A DNA stretch of 64,000 nt from Longimicrobiales bacterium (lineage in GTDB: Bacteria > Gemmatimonadota > Gemmatimonadetes > Longimicrobiales > Gaopeijiaceae), in assembly GCA_041690395.1 (NCBI GenBank), contig JAWLHJ010000004.1, positions 32,001-96,000 of the forward strand, written 5' to 3'. The stretch's first letter is position 1, and each line of letters starts with the position of its first letter. Position numbers and translations under genes: made by a program. Below, in pieces: positions 39,796 through 49,892 of the stretch. The notes under the pieces are model-generated. The model was not told the DNA's origin and searched no databases. It saw nothing but the letters and a program-made list of their open reading frames with translations.

Positions 39796-41672
39796 CGGCG
39801 TGTCGCCGCTTCGGGCGGGAAGCGCTCCCGGTACCAGGGTGCCGGCACCCCGGCCAGCAGGTGCTCGAGATACGTCTGGATCGTGTCCGTGGGGATCCCG
39901 TGCTTCCGTCTCAAATAGAAGTCCGCGGCCTTGGCCATGATCGGAGCGGCCATGGCCGAGCCGCTCGCCCCGTACTCGACCAGCACCGCGATGACGACCT
40001 CCGGCGCGCCACCGGGCGGACCCGCCATCCCGGTGAACCAGGCGTGGTCTTCGGCCAACCCCTGGACGCTGAGCGAGTTCTGACCCGTCCCGGTCTTGCC
40101 CAGCACCTCCCAGTGCTCCAACGCCGTACCGAAGTGCGCCGTGCCGCCAGGCGCGGTCACGTAGCGCAGCCCGTCCCGGAGTGCCTCGAGATGCTCGGGG
40201 GTGAGGTTCAGCTCCCACCCCTCCTCGAGCTCGATCTCCTTCGCGATGCGCGGCGCCGGAGCGGAGCCGTCCCGGGCCAGAGCAACGTAGAACTGGGCCA
40301 TCTTGAGGGGCGTCTGCGAGTTCGGACCCTGTCCGATGGACAGTGAGAGCGTCTCGCCCTCGGTAGGCGCGTAGCCGAACGTGCGACGCCAGAAGTCGCG
40401 GCTCTCCGGGAAGACGCCCTGGCTCTCCTGGGGAAGGTCGATCCCGCATCGCTGGCTGAAGCCGATATCGGTGGAGCGATCGAGCAGCCGGTCCAGGCCG
40501 ATACGGACGCCCAGCTGATAGAAGTACACGTCGCAGGAATTGCCGATGGCTTCCGAGAGGTTGTTGAAGCCGTGACCGCGAGCGTCCCAGCATCGGAAGT
40601 ATCGGTTCCCGAACTGCCAGCCACCCGTGCACGGGTCGGGCATGTACTCGTCCGGCGTGATCACCCCGAGGTCGAGGCCGATCCCGGCGGAGGCCAGCTT
40701 CCATGTCGATGCGGGAGGATAGAGCCCCAGGACGGGACGGTTGAACATCGGCCGCCCCTCGTTCACGGTCAGGCCTCGCCAGATGTCGTCGTCGATTCCG
40801 CCGACGAAATCGTTGGGGTCGTACGTCGGCGCCGAGTACATGGCGAGCACGGCCCCGTCCGCCGGGTCGAGCACCACCACGGCACCCGACAGCGTGTCCG
40901 GGAAGATCGAGTGGATGTAATCCTGGAGCTCGTAGTCCAGGTAGAGGTGGATATCCTCCCCGGGCTCGCCCGGATCGGTGCGGACACCGCTGAAATCGCC
41001 CACGATCCGGCCACGCGCGTCGAACTCCACGTACTTCCACCCCTGTCGCCCTTGCAGACGGCCCTCGTACTGGCGCTCCACGCCGAGCTTGCCCACGGTC
41101 ATCCCGCGATCGTACCGGTCGTTCAGATAGTCCGGGGAAGCGAGCTCCTCGGCGGTGATCTCGCCCACGTAACCCAGGACGTGTGCCGCCGCGTTGCCGA
41201 GGACATAGCGGCGCCGGGGCCGCATCTCCACGTAGATGCCGGGGAAGAAGCCGCGCCGCTCCTCGATGACCGACACGGACTCGAAGTCGGCGTCGGGGTC
41301 GACCACGACCTCACGCCCGAAACGGCCCAGCGTCGCCAGCACCCGCTCTATACGCTCCTCGGAAAGGTCCACGTGGTCGGCGAGTCGGTCGAGCACCGCG
41401 CGCGCCGAGTCCCGGGGCATGGGCAGGAGCGTGATGGCGTACCCCGGAACGTTGTCCGCGAGGATTCGACCATCCCTGTCGTAGATCGTGCCCCTCGGGG
41501 CGGGTACCGGGAGCCTCCGGATCCGGTTCGACTCGGCCCTGAGCTCCCAGCTGCTCGAGCGAAGGACCTGGACCCGGAAGAAGCCCGCCACGAGCACACC
41601 CATGACCACGGCGAGCATGGCGTAGGCCACGTGGGCTCGGACGCGCTTGCTGTGCGGGTGGAAGACGTTCAT
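39792..41672 (-). CDS. mrdA: Penicillin-binding protein 2
   Basis: PRG.IYDR, ASTWK (SxxK), SCD, KTGT. Confidence 0.96.
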   Translation of the reverse strand: MNVFHPHSKRVRAHVAYAMLAVVMGVLVAGFFRVQVLRSSSWELRAESNRIRRLPVPAPRGTIYDRDGRILADNVPGYAITLLPMPRDSARAVLDRLADHVDLSEERIERVLATLGRFGREVVVDPDADFESVSVIEERRGFFPGIYVEMRPRRRYVLGNAAAHVLGYVGEITAEELASPDYLNDRYDRGMTVGKLGVERQYEGRLQGRQGWKYVEFDARGRIVGDFSGVRTDPGEPGEDIHLYLDYELQDYIHSIFPDTLSGAVVVLDPADGAVLAMYSAPTYDPNDFVGGIDDDIWRGLTVNEGRPMFNRPVLGLYPPASTWKLASAGIGLDLGVITPDEYMPDPCTGGWQFGNRYFRCWDARGHGFNNLSEAIGNSCDVYFYQLGVRIGLDRLLDRSTDIGFSQRCGIDLPQESQGVFPESRDFWRRTFGYAPTEGETLSLSIGQGPNSQTPLKMAQFYVALARDGSAPAPRIAKEIELEEGWELNLTPEHLEALRDGLRYVTAPGGTAHFGTALEHWEVLGKTGTGQNSLSVQGLAEDHAWFTGMAGPPGGAPEVVIAVLVEYGASGSAMAAPIMAKAADFYLRRKHGIPTDTIQTYLEHLLAGVPAPWYRERFPPEAATRR

Positions 41673-42139
41673 CGGTCGGTGGACAATCCGGTGAAGCCCA
41701 CGATGACGAGCCCGACCAGGGCGGCGTAGGCCGCTCCCGTGATCCCCTGGAGCAGCGCCTGTTCCACGAACGACCTGCGGAGCTCCTCACCCACGAGAAT
41801 CCAGTGCACGATGTCGCGTAACCACTTGCCGATGAAGAAATAGGAGACCACGAAGAGGAGCGAGTCGCCCACGAACAGCTCCCGCGTCCTCGCGCCCGCG
41901 ATGCCGACCACGGTCATCGTGAGGGCGTTCGCGCCGAACGCGAGCACACTCAGAGCGTCCTCGAGGAGCCCGAACGCGAAGCCGAGTCCCGCCGCCCAGC
42001 CCGTCCTCAGCTCACGGGCCGCGATCAGGAGCCCGACCGTGAGCAGGTCGGGCGCCGCGAGCCCGGCGCCGAATCCAACATGCAGGAGGAAGTGGAGGCA
42101 AGCGAGCCCTCCGACGACGAGCGCCATGGGGAGTCGCAT
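41669..42139 (-). CDS. mreD: Rod shape-determining protein MreD
   Basis: Multi-[11 protein letters not shown]; located between mreC and mrdA. Confidence 0.9.
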   Translation of the reverse strand: MRLPMALVVGGLACLHFLLHVGFGAGLAAPDLLTVGLLIAARELRTGWAAGLGFAFGLLEDALSVLAFGANALTMTVVGIAGARTRELFVGDSLLFVVSYFFIGKWLRDIVHWILVGEELRRSFVEQALLQGITGAAYAALVGLVIVGFTGLSTDR

Positions 42140-42140
42140 G

Positions 42141-43034
42141 TCAGCCGCCTCCACCGACGGAGTCCACGGCCGCCTCCGGGTCCGACCCGATCTCCGGCTG
42201 CGGCCAGGCGACCCCCTCCTCCGGCAGCATCCCGACGGGAACGAGCACGTGGGTGACCGATCCCGGCAACACGCTGGGTCGGAGCCAATAGCTCTTGCGC
42301 CACGCCCCCTGATAATCCGCGACCCCGTCGATCGTTCCGATAGGGATTCCTCGGGGATACACGCCGCCCAGGCCACTCGTCACGACCGGCGTCCCATCGG
42401 GGATCGACTCGTTGTAGGCCGTTCCCGTCAGCACCAGTCGGTCCTCTTCACGGAACGCTCCCCGACGGTTCTCGACGATCCCGTACACTTCCGTGCCCAG
42501 CGCCATGGCGCTGGCCCGGAAGTCGGGATGGGTCCAGTCCATCGCCACCGAAGTCCCTTCGCCGGCGTCCCGCACTACTCCGACCAGGCCGTCGGGGCTG
42601 ATCACGGGGGCGCCCACGTCGACGTCGTCCCGTATCCCCAGGTCGAGCAGGAAGATGCTCTCAGATCCGGGAGTCCCCGGGCGGAGCACCGTGGCCGAGC
42701 GAAAGCGGGGTCCGAGCCTCTCCCCCAGGGCCAGCAGGCGCCGGAGCGTTCGGTTCTCCTCGACCAGCACGGACTGCGCGGTCAGGATGGCGGAGAGCGA
42801 ATCGACGCGGAGCATCAAGGCGTCGACGTCGCCCGCGCGAGTCCGCGCGAGCGTGAGGCCCTCCTGTAGCGCCAGGAACGGTCGCAACACGCTGGCGCGG
42901 AGGGCTCCGGCCACGCGCTGCTGGGCATCCTGGCTCAGGGCCCCGAGCCCGAGTGCCGCGATCACGAACACCGCGGTGAGGAGAGACTGCCTCCGGCCTC
43001 CGCCGATGTCGGAATCACCCCCCAGAACGGCCAC
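42141..43034 (-). CDS. mreC: Rod shape-determining protein MreC
   Basis: TM, coiled coil EENRTLRRLL, GLVG.V, VTSGLGGVYPRGIPIG. Confidence 0.95.
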   Translation of the reverse strand: MAVLGGDSDIGGGRRQSLLTAVFVIAALGLGALSQDAQQRVAGALRASVLRPFLALQEGLTLARTRAGDVDALMLRVDSLSAILTAQSVLVEENRTLRRLLALGERLGPRFRSATVLRPGTPGSESIFLLDLGIRDDVDVGAPVISPDGLVGVVRDAGEGTSVAMDWTHPDFRASAMALGTEVYGIVENRRGAFREEDRLVLTGTAYNESIPDGTPVVTSGLGGVYPRGIPIGTIDGVADYQGAWRKSYWLRPSVLPGSVTHVLVPVGMLPEEGVAWPQPEIGSDPEAAVDSVGGGG

Positions 43035-43067
43035 GCGTTCCTCCCGACGCCGACGTTCGTTCCACGC

Positions 43068-44114
43068 CTACTGTACGAGCACGGAACGGTACTTGTGGAA
43101 GTCGTCCAGAACCCGGCCGGCGCCTCTCACGACACAGGTGAGTGGCTCCTCGTCCACGTGGATCGGCAGATTCGTCTCGTGCTGGAGCAGACGGTCGAGC
43201 CCCCGGATCATGGCGCCGCCGCCGGTCATGACGATACCGCGGTCCACGATGTCGGACGACAGCTCGGGGGGCGTGATCTCGAGTGCGCGTCGGACGGCCT
43301 CCACGATCGCCTGGATCGGCTCCTGGATGCACTCGCGCACCTCCTGCGAATGCACGGTCACCGTCTTCGGGATGCCCGACACGAGATCCCGCCCCTTCAC
43401 CTCCATCTCGCGCTCCTCGCCGAAATCGAAGGCGGAGCCGATCTGGACTTTGATGGCCTCGGCGGTGGGCTCACCGATGAGGAGGTTGTAGTTCTTCCGC
43501 AGGAAGGTGACGATCGCGAGGTCGAGCTCGTCTCCCCCCACCCTGATGGAGGTATTGGAGACGATGCCGGACAGCGCGATCACGGCGATCTCGGTCGTCC
43601 CTCCCCCGATGTCGATCACCATGTTGCCGGTCGGTGTCTCGACGGGAAGGCCCACGCCGATCGCGGCGGCCATGGGCTCGTCCACCATGTAGACGCCCTT
43701 GGCGCCGGCGGACATGGCGGACGACCGGACCGCGCGACGCTCGAGCTCGGTGATCCCGGACGGCACACCCACCACGACCCGCGGCTTGATGCGGAAGATC
43801 CGCTTCGCGGTGACCTGTTTGAGAAAGTGCCGGAGCATCATCTCCGTCACGTCGACGTCGGCGATCACGCCGTCCTTGAGAGGACGGATCGCCTCGATCC
43901 CTTCGGGCGTGCGGCCGAGCATGCGCTTGGCTTCCAACCCGATCCCCATGATACGGCGACTCCCCTTCTCGACCGCCACGACGGAGGGCTCGTTCAGGAC
44001 GATGCCTTCCCCCTTCACGTAGACGAGGGTGTTGGCGGTTCCGAGGTCGACCGCGATGTCGTTGACGGGCACGAGGCGTCCCGAGCTCAGCCAGTTACTC
44101 AGTAAGGACAGCAC
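43068..44114 (-). CDS. mreB: Actin-like MreB
   Basis: DLGTANT, EPMAAAIG, DIGGGTTE, TGGGA; N-terminal amphipathic helix. Confidence 0.98.
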   Translation of the reverse strand: MLSLLSNWLSSGRLVPVNDIAVDLGTANTLVYVKGEGIVLNEPSVVAVEKGSRRIMGIGLEAKRMLGRTPEGIEAIRPLKDGVIADVDVTEMMLRHFLKQVTAKRIFRIKPRVVVGVPSGITELERRAVRSSAMSAGAKGVYMVDEPMAAAIGVGLPVETPTGNMVIDIGGGTTEIAVIALSGIVSNTSIRVGGDELDLAIVTFLRKNYNLLIGEPTAEAIKVQIGSAFDFGEEREMEVKGRDLVSGIPKTVTVHSQEVRECIQEPIQAIVEAVRRALEITPPELSSDIVDRGIVMTGGGAMIRGLDRLLQHETNLPIHVDEEPLTCVVRGAGRVLDDFHKYRSVLVQ

Positions 44115-44230
44115 TGTAGCGTCTTTTCAGGCGAAAAGAGGACCAGGCAGGCCGCGATCGGGCCGGGAAATCGAAACATACGTTTACAGGGGGTGAGATG
44201 CCAGAAAATCGTTACGGGCACGGGACGATC

Positions 44231-44671
44231 TCACGATGTCCCGGTGCTCCCGAAGCCACCGGCACCGCGAGCCGTACCCGTCAACTGGTCGACCTCGACC
44301 AGCTCCGGCGTCTCGAAGCGGGCGAACACGAGCTGCGCGATCCGCTCCCCGCGCTCCAGCCGAACGGCCTTCGGTCCCAGGTTCTGGAGGATGACGCAGA
44401 CCTCGCCTCGATAGTCGGGATCGATGGTGCCGGGGCTGTTGGGAACGGTGATTCCGTGCTTCAGCGCGAGCCCCGACCGGGGACGCACCTGACACTCGAG
44501 ATGCGCCGGCAACTCCATTGCAAATCCCGTTCCCACCAGGCGGATCTCCCCGGGCTCCAAAGTGACGTCCTCCGCGGAGCGCACGTCGTAACCGGCGGCC
44601 TGCGGCGTACCACGGGTCGGCAACTCGAGGTCGGAGCCATCATCCACCCGGACGAAGCGAACCTGCGTCAC
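44231..44671 (-). CDS. dut: dUTP diphosphatase
   Basis: [37 protein letters not shown]. Confidence 0.97.
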   Translation of the reverse strand: MTQVRFVRVDDGSDLELPTRGTPQAAGYDVRSAEDVTLEPGEIRLVGTGFAMELPAHLECQVRPRSGLALKHGITVPNSPGTIDPDYRGEVCVILQNLGPKAVRLERGERIAQLVFARFETPELVEVDQLTGTARGAGGFGSTGTS

Positions 44672-45798
44672 GCGCGTCGGTCCCCGAGCAGGGCATCGTC
44701 GACCGGAATCGAGTCGAACCCGAAAGCCTCCGCGACCCCGGCGTAAGTGATCTTCCCCTCGACCACGTTGAGTCCCTTCCGAAGGGCACGGTCGTCGGCG
44801 CACGCCTTCCGCCACCCCTTGCTGGCCAGTGCCCGGGCGTAGGGAAGCGTCGCGTTCGTGAGGGCGAGCGTGCTCGTCCGCGGAACACCGCCCGGCATGT
44901 TGGCCACGCCGTAGTGGATGATCCCGTCGACGGTGTAGACCGGGTCCTTGTGGGTGGTGGGCCGGATCGTCTCGACGCACCCGCCCTGGTCGACGGCGAC
45001 ATCGACGATGACCGTGCCCGGCCGCATCAGCCGGAGGTCGTCCTTCTCGATGAGCTTGGGGGCCTTCGCCCCCGGGATGAGGACCGCTCCGATGACGAGG
45101 TCCGCGTCCTCCACCTGCTTCCTGATCGCGTACCGCGTGCTGAACAGGCCCTGGACGTTCGCCGGCATCACGTCGTCGAGATATCGCAGCCGGTTCAGGT
45201 CGACGTCCATGATGGAGACGCGGGCGCCGAGCCCGGCCGCCATCTTCGCCGCGTTCGTCCCGACGACGCCGCCGCCCAGGATGAGCACCTTCCCGGACAG
45301 CACGCCGGGCACCCCGCCGAGGAGGACACCGAGACCACCCTGAGGCTTCTCCAGGTACTTGGCGCCTTCCTGCACGGCCATACGCCCGGCGACCTCACTC
45401 ATCGGCGTGAGAAGCGGCAGCTCTCCGCTGTCCAGCTCCACCGTCTCGTAGGCGATCGCGACCGCCCCCGAGTCCATCACGGCACGCGTGAGATCTTCCG
45501 ACGCGGCGAAGTGGAAGTACGTGAAGAGGAGCTGGCCGGGGCGCATGAGCGGCCACTCCGGCTCGATGGGCTCCTTCACCTTCATGATCATCTCCGCCGC
45601 GGCCCACACTTCCTGAGCCGTGTCGACGATCCGGGCTCCGGCATTCTCGTAGAAGTCGTCCGTGAAGCCGCTGCCGAGCCCGGCCCCGGCCTCCACGACG
45701 ATCTCGTGGCCTGCGCGCGCGAGGTCCTCGGCGCCGGCGGGGGTGAGGGCGACACGGTACTCGTCCGATTTGATCTCGCGGGGGACTCCGATCAGCAC
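44668..45798 (-). CDS. ald: Alanine dehydrogenase
   Basis: [45 protein letters not shown]. Confidence 0.97.
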   Translation of the reverse strand: MLIGVPREIKSDEYRVALTPAGAEDLARAGHEIVVEAGAGLGSGFTDDFYENAGARIVDTAQEVWAAAEMIMKVKEPIEPEWPLMRPGQLLFTYFHFAASEDLTRAVMDSGAVAIAYETVELDSGELPLLTPMSEVAGRMAVQEGAKYLEKPQGGLGVLLGGVPGVLSGKVLILGGGVVGTNAAKMAAGLGARVSIMDVDLNRLRYLDDVMPANVQGLFSTRYAIRKQVEDADLVIGAVLIPGAKAPKLIEKDDLRLMRPGTVIVDVAVDQGGCVETIRPTTHKDPVYTVDGIIHYGVANMPGGVPRTSTLALTNATLPYARALASKGWRKACADDRALRKGLNVVEGKITYAGVAEAFGFDSIPVDDALLGDRRA

Positions 45799-45843
45799 TT
45801 CGGCTCCTAGAAGAGTGTTTGGGTTCGGGATCTCAGGCGCGGC

Positions 45844-47076
45844 TCACGCTGGCCCGAGGGCCAGGGTGAAGTGCTCGCTCGCGGCATACGACTGCCGAGC
45901 CACGCGCCGCACGTCGTCCATACCGACGGCGTCGATGCGGCCGAGCAGCTCGTCCAGCCCCACGAAGGGCTGGTCGTGTAGCTCCAACGAGGCCAGACGG
46001 TGCAGCCGGGAGCCCGGGGACTCGAGCGACAGCATGATCTGGCCCTTCACCTGTCGACGGACGTCCTCGAGCTCTTCCGTGCCGAGTCCTTCCTCCCAGA
46101 GCCGGTCGAGCTCCGTGCGGATGGCATCCTCGGCCCGGCGAGCGGTGGCGGGCCTGGTGCCCACGTACACCCCGGCCATGCCCCTGGCACGGTAGAACGA
46201 CTGGAAGCTGAACACGGAATAGCAGAGCCCGAGCTCCTCGCGCACCTTCTGGAAGAGCCGGGAGCTCATGCCCCCTCCGAGCGCCGCCGACAACAGAATG
46301 TGCGCATAGCGGTCCGGGTGGGCATGCTCCGGCACGTCGGTCGCGAATACGAGATGGGTCTGTGCGGACCCACGCTCCACGGCCTCGAAGCCGCGCCGGG
46401 CACGGCCGGGGACGGCCACATCCGCGACGCGACCCCGATCGGGCGTCTGGCCGAACAGCTCGGCGGCCCGCTCGACCACCTCGTCGTGATCGACGTTTCC
46501 GGCCACCGCGACCACGAGGTTCCGGCCGCCGTAGGCCCGGGCATGGACCTGGCGCAGGGTATCCACGGTCATCGACGAGACCGACTCCGTGGTCCCGAGG
46601 ATCGGGCGGCCGTAAGGATGGCCCTGCCAGAGCCGTTCGGCGTGCAGCTCGAACACCAGGTCGTCCGGTGTGTCCTCGACCTGGGCGATCTCCTCGAGCA
46701 CGACCTCCCGCTCCAGATCCAGGTCACGCGCCTCGAGCCGCGGTGCGAGGACGAGGTCGGCGAGAACGTCGATCGCTTCGGGAAAGTGCTCGTCGAGGAC
46801 CCGGGCCTGGTAGGCCGTGTGCTCGCGGGTCGTGTACGCGTCGAGGGATCCCCCGAGTCTTTCGAGCGCCAGCGCGATCTCGGCGGCCGTGCGGCGCTCC
46901 GTCCCCTTGAACACCATGTGCTCGAGAAGGTGGCTCGCCCCTGCCTCGGTCTCGTCCCGCTCATGGGCGCCACCATGCCGCACCCACACGCCGGCGGCCG
47001 CCGAGCGCACCCCGGCGATCCGTTCGCTGACCACGATCGTCCCGTTCGCCAGCTCGGTGCGGCGAATCCCGTCCAC
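45844..47076 (-). CDS. M16 (pitrilysin-like) zinc peptidase (start uncertain)
   Basis: HLLEH (HxxEH), GGGMSSRLF..RE..GL.Y; typical neighbour of pnp. Confidence 0.93.
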   Translation of the reverse strand: MDGIRRTELANGTIVVSERIAGVRSAAAGVWVRHGGAHERDETEAGASHLLEHMVFKGTERRTAAEIALALERLGGSLDAYTTREHTAYQARVLDEHFPEAIDVLADLVLAPRLEARDLDLEREVVLEEIAQVEDTPDDLVFELHAERLWQGHPYGRPILGTTESVSSMTVDTLRQVHARAYGGRNLVVAVAGNVDHDEVVERAAELFGQTPDRGRVADVAVPGRARRGFEAVERGSAQTHLVFATDVPEHAHPDRYAHILLSAALGGGMSSRLFQKVREELGLCYSVFSFQSFYRARGMAGVYVGTRPATARRAEDAIRTELDRLWEEGLGTEELEDVRRQVKGQIMLSLESPGSRLHRLASLELHDQPFVGLDELLGRIDAVGMDDVRRVARQSYAASEHFTLALGPA

Positions 47077-47185
47077 GCTTCCGGCCGTCGGGTCGGCAAC
47101 CGCGGAAACCCCAAACGACGCGGAGGAGCGCACGGGCCATACTGGCCCGTGGCTCCTCCGGCCTACCGTCTGCGGATCGGTACGG

Positions 47186-49309
47186 TCAGACCCGTGCTTC
47201 ATCCGCCTCCGTACCAGCGCCTTCCTCGGCCATGGCGGCCTTACGGGAGAGGCGCAACCGGCCCTTCTCGTCGATCGAGAGGAGCTTGACCCGTGTGATG
47301 TCGCCCTTGTTGAGGACGTCCTCGGTCTTCTCCACCCGCCCCTCGGCGAGCTCGGAGATGTGACAGAGCCCCTCGGTCCCGGGCATGATCTCGATGAACG
47401 CGCCGAAGGTGGTGGTGTTCTTCACCGGCCCCTCGTAGATGCGGCCCACTTCGGGATCCTGGACGATCGCCTCGATCATCTCGCGCGCACGCTGTCCGGA
47501 CTCGCCGGACACGGCCGCGATCTTCACGATACCCGAGTCGTCGATGTCGATCTGCGCGCCCGACTCCTCCTGGATGGCGCGGATCGTCTTGCCCTTCGGC
47601 CCGATGATCTCGCCGATCTTCTCCGGGTTGATCTGGATGGAGATGATCTGAGGGGCGTACTGCGACAGCTCGCTGCGCGCCTCGGAGATCGCCTGGTCCA
47701 TCAGACCGAGGATGTGGAGACGAGCCTTCTGGGCCCGCTCCATGGCCTCCTGCATGATCTCGAAGGTGAGCCCTTCGATCTTGATGTCCATCTGGATCGA
47801 AGTGATGCCGTCCTTCGTGCCGGCGACCTTGAAGTCCATGTCGCCGAGCGCGTCCTCGAGACCGAGGATGTCGGTGAGCACGGCCACCTTGTCGCCTTCC
47901 TTGATGAGGCCCATCGCCACGCCGGCGCAGGCCTTCCGGATCGGCACGCCCGCGTCCATCAGCGCCAGCGAAGAGGCGCACACGGTCGCCATCGAGGACG
48001 AGCCGTTCGACTCGAGGATGTCCGAGACGATACGGATCGTGTACGGGAAGTCGTCGTAGGCCGGAAGCATGGGTTGGATGGCCCGCTCCGCCAGATTCCC
48101 GTGCCCGATCTCACGGCGTGACGTGCCACGGTACGGCTTCGCCTCACCGACCGAGAACGGCGGGAAGTTGTAGTGGAGCATGAACGACTTCGAGACTTCC
48201 TCACGGACGTCGATGGAGTCGATCCGCTGCTCGTCACGAGCGGTACCGAGCGTCACCACGCCGAGGGCCTGCGTCTGCCCGCGGGTGAAGAGCGCGGAGC
48301 CGTGCGTCCGCGGGAGCACGCCCACCTCGGACGAGATCGCCCGGATGTCGTCCAGGCCACGACCGTCGGCGCGCTCACCCTTGTCGAGGATGTGGCGACG
48401 CATGGTCTGCTTCTCGATCCCGCGCAGGATCTCACCGACGTCCTTCTCGTAGTCGGCCCAGCCCTCTTCCTCGCTCAGCGACGACACGATGTCCTCGCGC
48501 AGCGCGGCCATCGCCTGCTGACGCTCCGACTTCTCCTGCAGGCTGAGCGCCTCCGAGACCTTGGAAGCGGCCAGGTCCTCGACCCGGGACTTGAGGTCCT
48601 GGTTGGGCTCGATGGGCGTCCAGTCCATGTCCGGAACGTTGTGGCCGGCCAGGAGCTCCTCCTGAAGGGCGCACAGCTCCTTGATGGCCTCGTGAGCGAC
48701 CTTGAGGCCCTCGAGGATCTCGCTCTCCGGCACCTCGACGGCGCCGCCCTCGACCATGGTGATCGCGTCGGCGGTGCCGGCGACCACGATGTCCAGGTCC
48801 GAGTACTCGAGCTGCTGGAACGTCGGGTTGATCACCCAGTTGTCCTTGATGCGCCCGATGCGCACACCCGCGACCGCCGTATTGAACGGGATCTTGGACT
48901 GCTTGAGGGCGACCGACGCGCCGATCATGGCGAGTACGTCCGCGTCGTTCTCCTGGTCCGCCGAGAGAATGAAGCACGCGACCTGCGTCTCGTGCATGAA
49001 GCCCTCGGGGAAGAGCGGCCGGATGGGCCGGTCGATCTGGCGAGCGGAGAGGATCTCCTTCTCGCCGGGGCGACCTTCGCGCTTGAAGAAGCCGCCCGGG
49101 ATCTTACCCGCGGCGTAGCTCTTCTCGCGGTACTCGATGGTGAGCGGGAAGAAGGGGAGATGGGTCGGACGGTCCTGGACCGTCGCGACGCACAGCACCA
49201 CGGTGTCTCCGTACTGCACCAGGCAGGAGCCATGCGCGAGCTTGGCCATGCGACCGAACTCGAGCGACAGCGTGCGCCCGGCGAACTGGCGTTCTAACCT
49301 CTGGATCAT
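47186..49309 (-). CDS. pnp: Polyribonucleotide nucleotidyltransferase
   Basis: FFPLT, GGFFKREG, HYNFPPFS, ESNGSSSMA, GDMDFKVAG, KH and S1 domains. Confidence 0.99.
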   Translation of the reverse strand: MIQRLERQFAGRTLSLEFGRMAKLAHGSCLVQYGDTVVLCVATVQDRPTHLPFFPLTIEYREKSYAAGKIPGGFFKREGRPGEKEILSARQIDRPIRPLFPEGFMHETQVACFILSADQENDADVLAMIGASVALKQSKIPFNTAVAGVRIGRIKDNWVINPTFQQLEYSDLDIVVAGTADAITMVEGGAVEVPESEILEGLKVAHEAIKELCALQEELLAGHNVPDMDWTPIEPNQDLKSRVEDLAASKVSEALSLQEKSERQQAMAALREDIVSSLSEEEGWADYEKDVGEILRGIEKQTMRRHILDKGERADGRGLDDIRAISSEVGVLPRTHGSALFTRGQTQALGVVTLGTARDEQRIDSIDVREEVSKSFMLHYNFPPFSVGEAKPYRGTSRREIGHGNLAERAIQPMLPAYDDFPYTIRIVSDILESNGSSSMATVCASSLALMDAGVPIRKACAGVAMGLIKEGDKVAVLTDILGLEDALGDMDFKVAGTKDGITSIQMDIKIEGLTFEIMQEAMERAQKARLHILGLMDQAISEARSELSQYAPQIISIQINPEKIGEIIGPKGKTIRAIQEESGAQIDIDDSGIVKIAAVSGESGQRAREMIEAIVQDPEVGRIYEGPVKNTTTFGAFIEIMPGTEGLCHISELAEGRVEKTEDVLNKGDITRVKLLSIDEKGRLRLSRKAAMAEEGAGTEADEARV

Positions 49310-49485
49310 GTAATCAACTCACTTCGGGTTGGGCCGGGGCGTTTCCCCGACCTCGCGTCTTGTGCCGAAGCGTTCGAGGACCCGAGGAGAGAGCGACCGC
49401 CGCCCGGGGCACGCTTCCGCGTGGGCCCGTCCTGCGGCAATCTAGAGGCCGTCTCCCTACCGATCTCACGTGCGCGTCCGGCACG

Positions 49486-49522
49486 AAAAGGGCGGTCGGG
49501 GCCATGCAGGCACCGACCGCCC
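49486..49522 (-). terminator. Intrinsic terminator after rpsO
   Basis: GGGCGGTCGG-TGCC...GGC-C-CCGACCGCCC followed by TTTT, 7 nt after the stop. Confidence 0.8.
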
Positions 49523-49529
49523 GGAACTT

Positions 49530-49790
49530 CTAGTGGCGCAGACCGAGGTCCGCGATCAGCTCGCGGTACTTCTCGATGTCCGTGCGCCTCAGGTAATCCA
49601 GCAACCGACGGCGGCGTCCGACCATCTTGAGGAGGCCCCTGCGGCTGTGGTGATCCTTCTTGTGCTTGTCGAAATGTCCCCGGAGGTCGTCGATCCTCGC
49701 CGTCAGGATGGCGACCTGGACCGGAGCGCTGCCACGGTCCGTCTCGTGGAGCTGGTACTTCTTGATGATGTCTTCTTTCACGATCGTCAT
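49530..49790 (-). CDS. rpsO: 30S ribosomal protein S15
   Basis: [34 protein letters not shown]. Confidence 0.99.
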   Translation of the reverse strand: MTIVKEDIIKKYQLHETDRGSAPVQVAILTARIDDLRGHFDKHKKDHHSRRGLLKMVGRRRRLLDYLRRTDIEKYRELIADLGLRH

Positions 49791-49800
49791 GTACTTCGGG

Positions 49801-49864
49801 CCTCCGCAGGAGTCTACGCTGCAAGGGAAGCGATGAGCGGCTCGTGAGCCATTCGACCCACGAG
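49801..49864 (-). promoter_or_regulatory. Structured rpsO 5' leader, a candidate S15 autoregulatory RNA
   Basis: 10-bp hairpin CTCGTGGGTC-GAAT-GGCTCACGAG plus a second hairpin pairing the GGAGG SD. Confidence 0.55.
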
Positions 49865-49892
49865 GCCATCTACTTGGTTTCAGCGCTGAAAC

